Below are positions 62,049 to 64,000 of a stretch of 64,000 bases of DNA, in pieces; position 1 is the stretch's first letter; each line of letters starts with the position of its first letter. This DNA is from Malacoraja senta. Lineage: Eukaryota. The notes below the pieces were generated by a model. That model had not been told where the DNA came from and searched no databases. It saw only the letters and a program-made list of their open reading frames with translations. Location: the NCBI GenBank assembly GCA_038087875.1, contig CM075992.1:8310001-8374000 (forward strand), given 5' to 3'. Both the position numbers and the translations under genes were made by a program.

Positions 62049-62746
62049 AGGCCCTGTCCCACTTACGTGTCCTTGGCACGCAAATTACGCAACCTCGTGG
62101 TCGCGTTGAGGCGCACGGGCATCGTGTGGCTGCGCGGGGCCGGTCCCACTTAGAAGCGCAGAGGGGTATGTAGTTGTGCGCGACATCGCTCGGGGCTACG
62201 AAATTTTTGTAGTGAACGAAATCTTCGTGCGCCAACGGCCTGTCGCGGAACTGATGGCCAAAGTGGGACAGGCCCAAGACCCTGGCACGACGCAACATCT
62301 CACCTTCAACAGCAGCAGAAGCAGGCAAACGATCGCCAAACTCGGCCTGGGGCTCACGGCCGTTGCGGTCCAGATCCGCCCCCACTTCTACTCCCAGAGC
62401 TGGGCCAAGAAAATTGAAGATAGACACAAAATGCAGGAGTAACTCAGCGGGACCGGCAGCATATCTCTGGAGAGAAGCAGTGGGTGACGTTTCAGGTCAA
62501 GACCCTTCTTTTCAGACTGAAGAAGAGTCTTGACCCGAAACGTTACCCATTGCTTCTCTCCAGAGATGCTGCCGGTCCCGCTGAGTTACTCCAGCTTCGT
62601 GTCCATCTTCAAATGACATCACGGGCTCCAGACGGCTGTGCGTACGCATAAAATCGCGCCCGACCTTCACGGGACTGTCGCGGCTCAACGCGACCAACGA
62701 GGTCGTGTCATTTGCGTGCCAAGGACACGTAAGTGGGACAGGCCCT
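62049..62746. mobile_element. Harbinger-like MITE with a nested Penelope-derived palindrome (62414-62612)
   Basis: TIRs CTGTCCCACTTACGTGTCCTTGGCACGCAAAT / ATTTGCGTGCCAAGGACACGTAAGTGGGACAG. Confidence 0.85.
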
Positions 62747-63452
62747 TAAAGCTTTACATTAGAGATACAGCATGGAAGCAGGCCGTTTGGCCCATGAGTC
62801 CACGCCAACAAGCGATCACCCCGTACACAAGGGACAATAAACAATTTAGAGAAGCCGATTACGCAACAAAAGCTTTTCACTGTACCTCGGTACACATCAC
62901 AATGAACTGAACTAAACGAAACTAAACTAACCTACAAACCTGTACGTCTTCGGAGTGTGGGAGGAAACCGGAGCGCCCGGAGAAAACATACGCGGTCACG
63001 TGGAGAAGGTACAATGGACAATAGACGATAGGTGCATTCGGCCCTTAGGCTCTACAAACTCTGTACAGACAGCACCTGTGGTCGTGTTTGAACCCAGGCC
63101 TCTGGCGCTGTGAGGCAGCAACTCTACCACTGCGCCACCATGCACTGTGTCAGAGCTGTCTGAATGCATTGTGCTTTGATCAATCAACAGCTAGAAGATT
63201 AACCATTTAATGTCCAACATTGATTCTACTGTCTGCTCTAAATTCGCTGGGCTCAAACAGGGCATGTTTAAAATCATGAGGGGGATAGGGTGAATGCACA
63301 GTCTTTATCCTAAACCAGCATCTACAGTTCCATGTATAATCTTTGACCCACGATCGGGGAATCATAAACCAGAGGATACGGGTTTAGGTGAGAGGGGAAA
63401 ACATTTAATAAGAACCCGAGGGTTAACTTTTTCACACAGAGGGTGGTGGATG

Positions 63453-64000
63453 TGTTACGACTCCCGAATGCAGGTACTTCAGAGCCGCGTAACATAGTTC
63501 AAAAACCAGGTTTAAGTTCAAAAATAGTTTTAATTATTCAATGGAACACAAAACCCAAACCTGATTCAAACAACCCAGTCAGGGATATGGATGGGACTGA
63601 CAAACAATTAAACAGTGCTCCAGCCAGCCACGTGATGGACCGTCGAACCAGAGACTCTAAAACCTGCCTAAAGATATATAACCCTGAAACAAAATACACG
63701 AAAACACTAAGGTCAGCCCTTATCCGTCCCAATTCACTATTTGATAATAAGTATTTGAAAAAGTACACAAAGTTCTATGCCATGTGGCCAGGCCTTCCGC
63801 AGCTCACTCCAGCAGTCAGCTCACAAGGCAGGGTCGACAAAGAAGAGAGAGAATTCTGGGCGGTTCTGGTATTTATGCTTCAGATGAGTCACCGTCACCT
63901 GATGCAGCTTGGCCAACCGGGTACAGGAGCCTTTTAACCCTTTGATTCCAGACTCACATCCACAAGGCCTGCACTCGGGAAAGAAACAGAGAAAGGTAAG
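63453..64000. mobile_element. Probable LTR retrotransposon terminus (Gypsy-like), running off the window
   Basis: Abruptly interrupts a CR1 fragment with TGTTACG, and CGTAACA recurs at 63487-63493. No coding evidence. Confidence 0.4.

Noticed and set aside
63443..63937. 164-aa ORF at the right edge
   Set aside because: Starts in a CR1 fragment and crosses into the probable LTR; no recognisable motifs.

Overview
Eukaryotic, repeat-dense vertebrate DNA. The repeat content (HE1/V-SINEs, HER1-like CR1 LINEs, Penelope-derived short repeats) points to a cartilaginous fish, probably a skate or ray; this is an inference. A 200-N assembly gap lies at 25776-25975. The only host coding sequence I can recognise is one 113-bp minus-strand exon of a calneuron-1 (CALN1)-type EF-hand gene (18983-19095). 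There are two CpG-island promoter/first-exon candidates on the minus strand (about 23-350 and 33930-34480) and one TATA-box first-exon candidate on the plus strand (53746-53914). The rest is mostly nested mobile DNA: a decayed hAT transposon, Harbinger-like and hAT MITEs, a 5'-truncated CR1 with an uninterrupted 981-codon ORF2, L1, Rex/Babar, RTE and Penelope fragments, many SINEs, and a probable LTR at the right edge. The most notable structures are: hammerhead-ribozyme core motifs carried by an abundant Penelope-derived mini-repeat; an L1 3'-transduction-like insert flanked by an exact 207-bp duplication; a 28-bp TIR-only hAT remnant with a perfect 8-bp TSD whose empty site is visible in a paralogous copy; and an intron-containing tRNA-Leu(CAA) pseudogene. 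Family assignments are from motif recognition by eye, not database searches.
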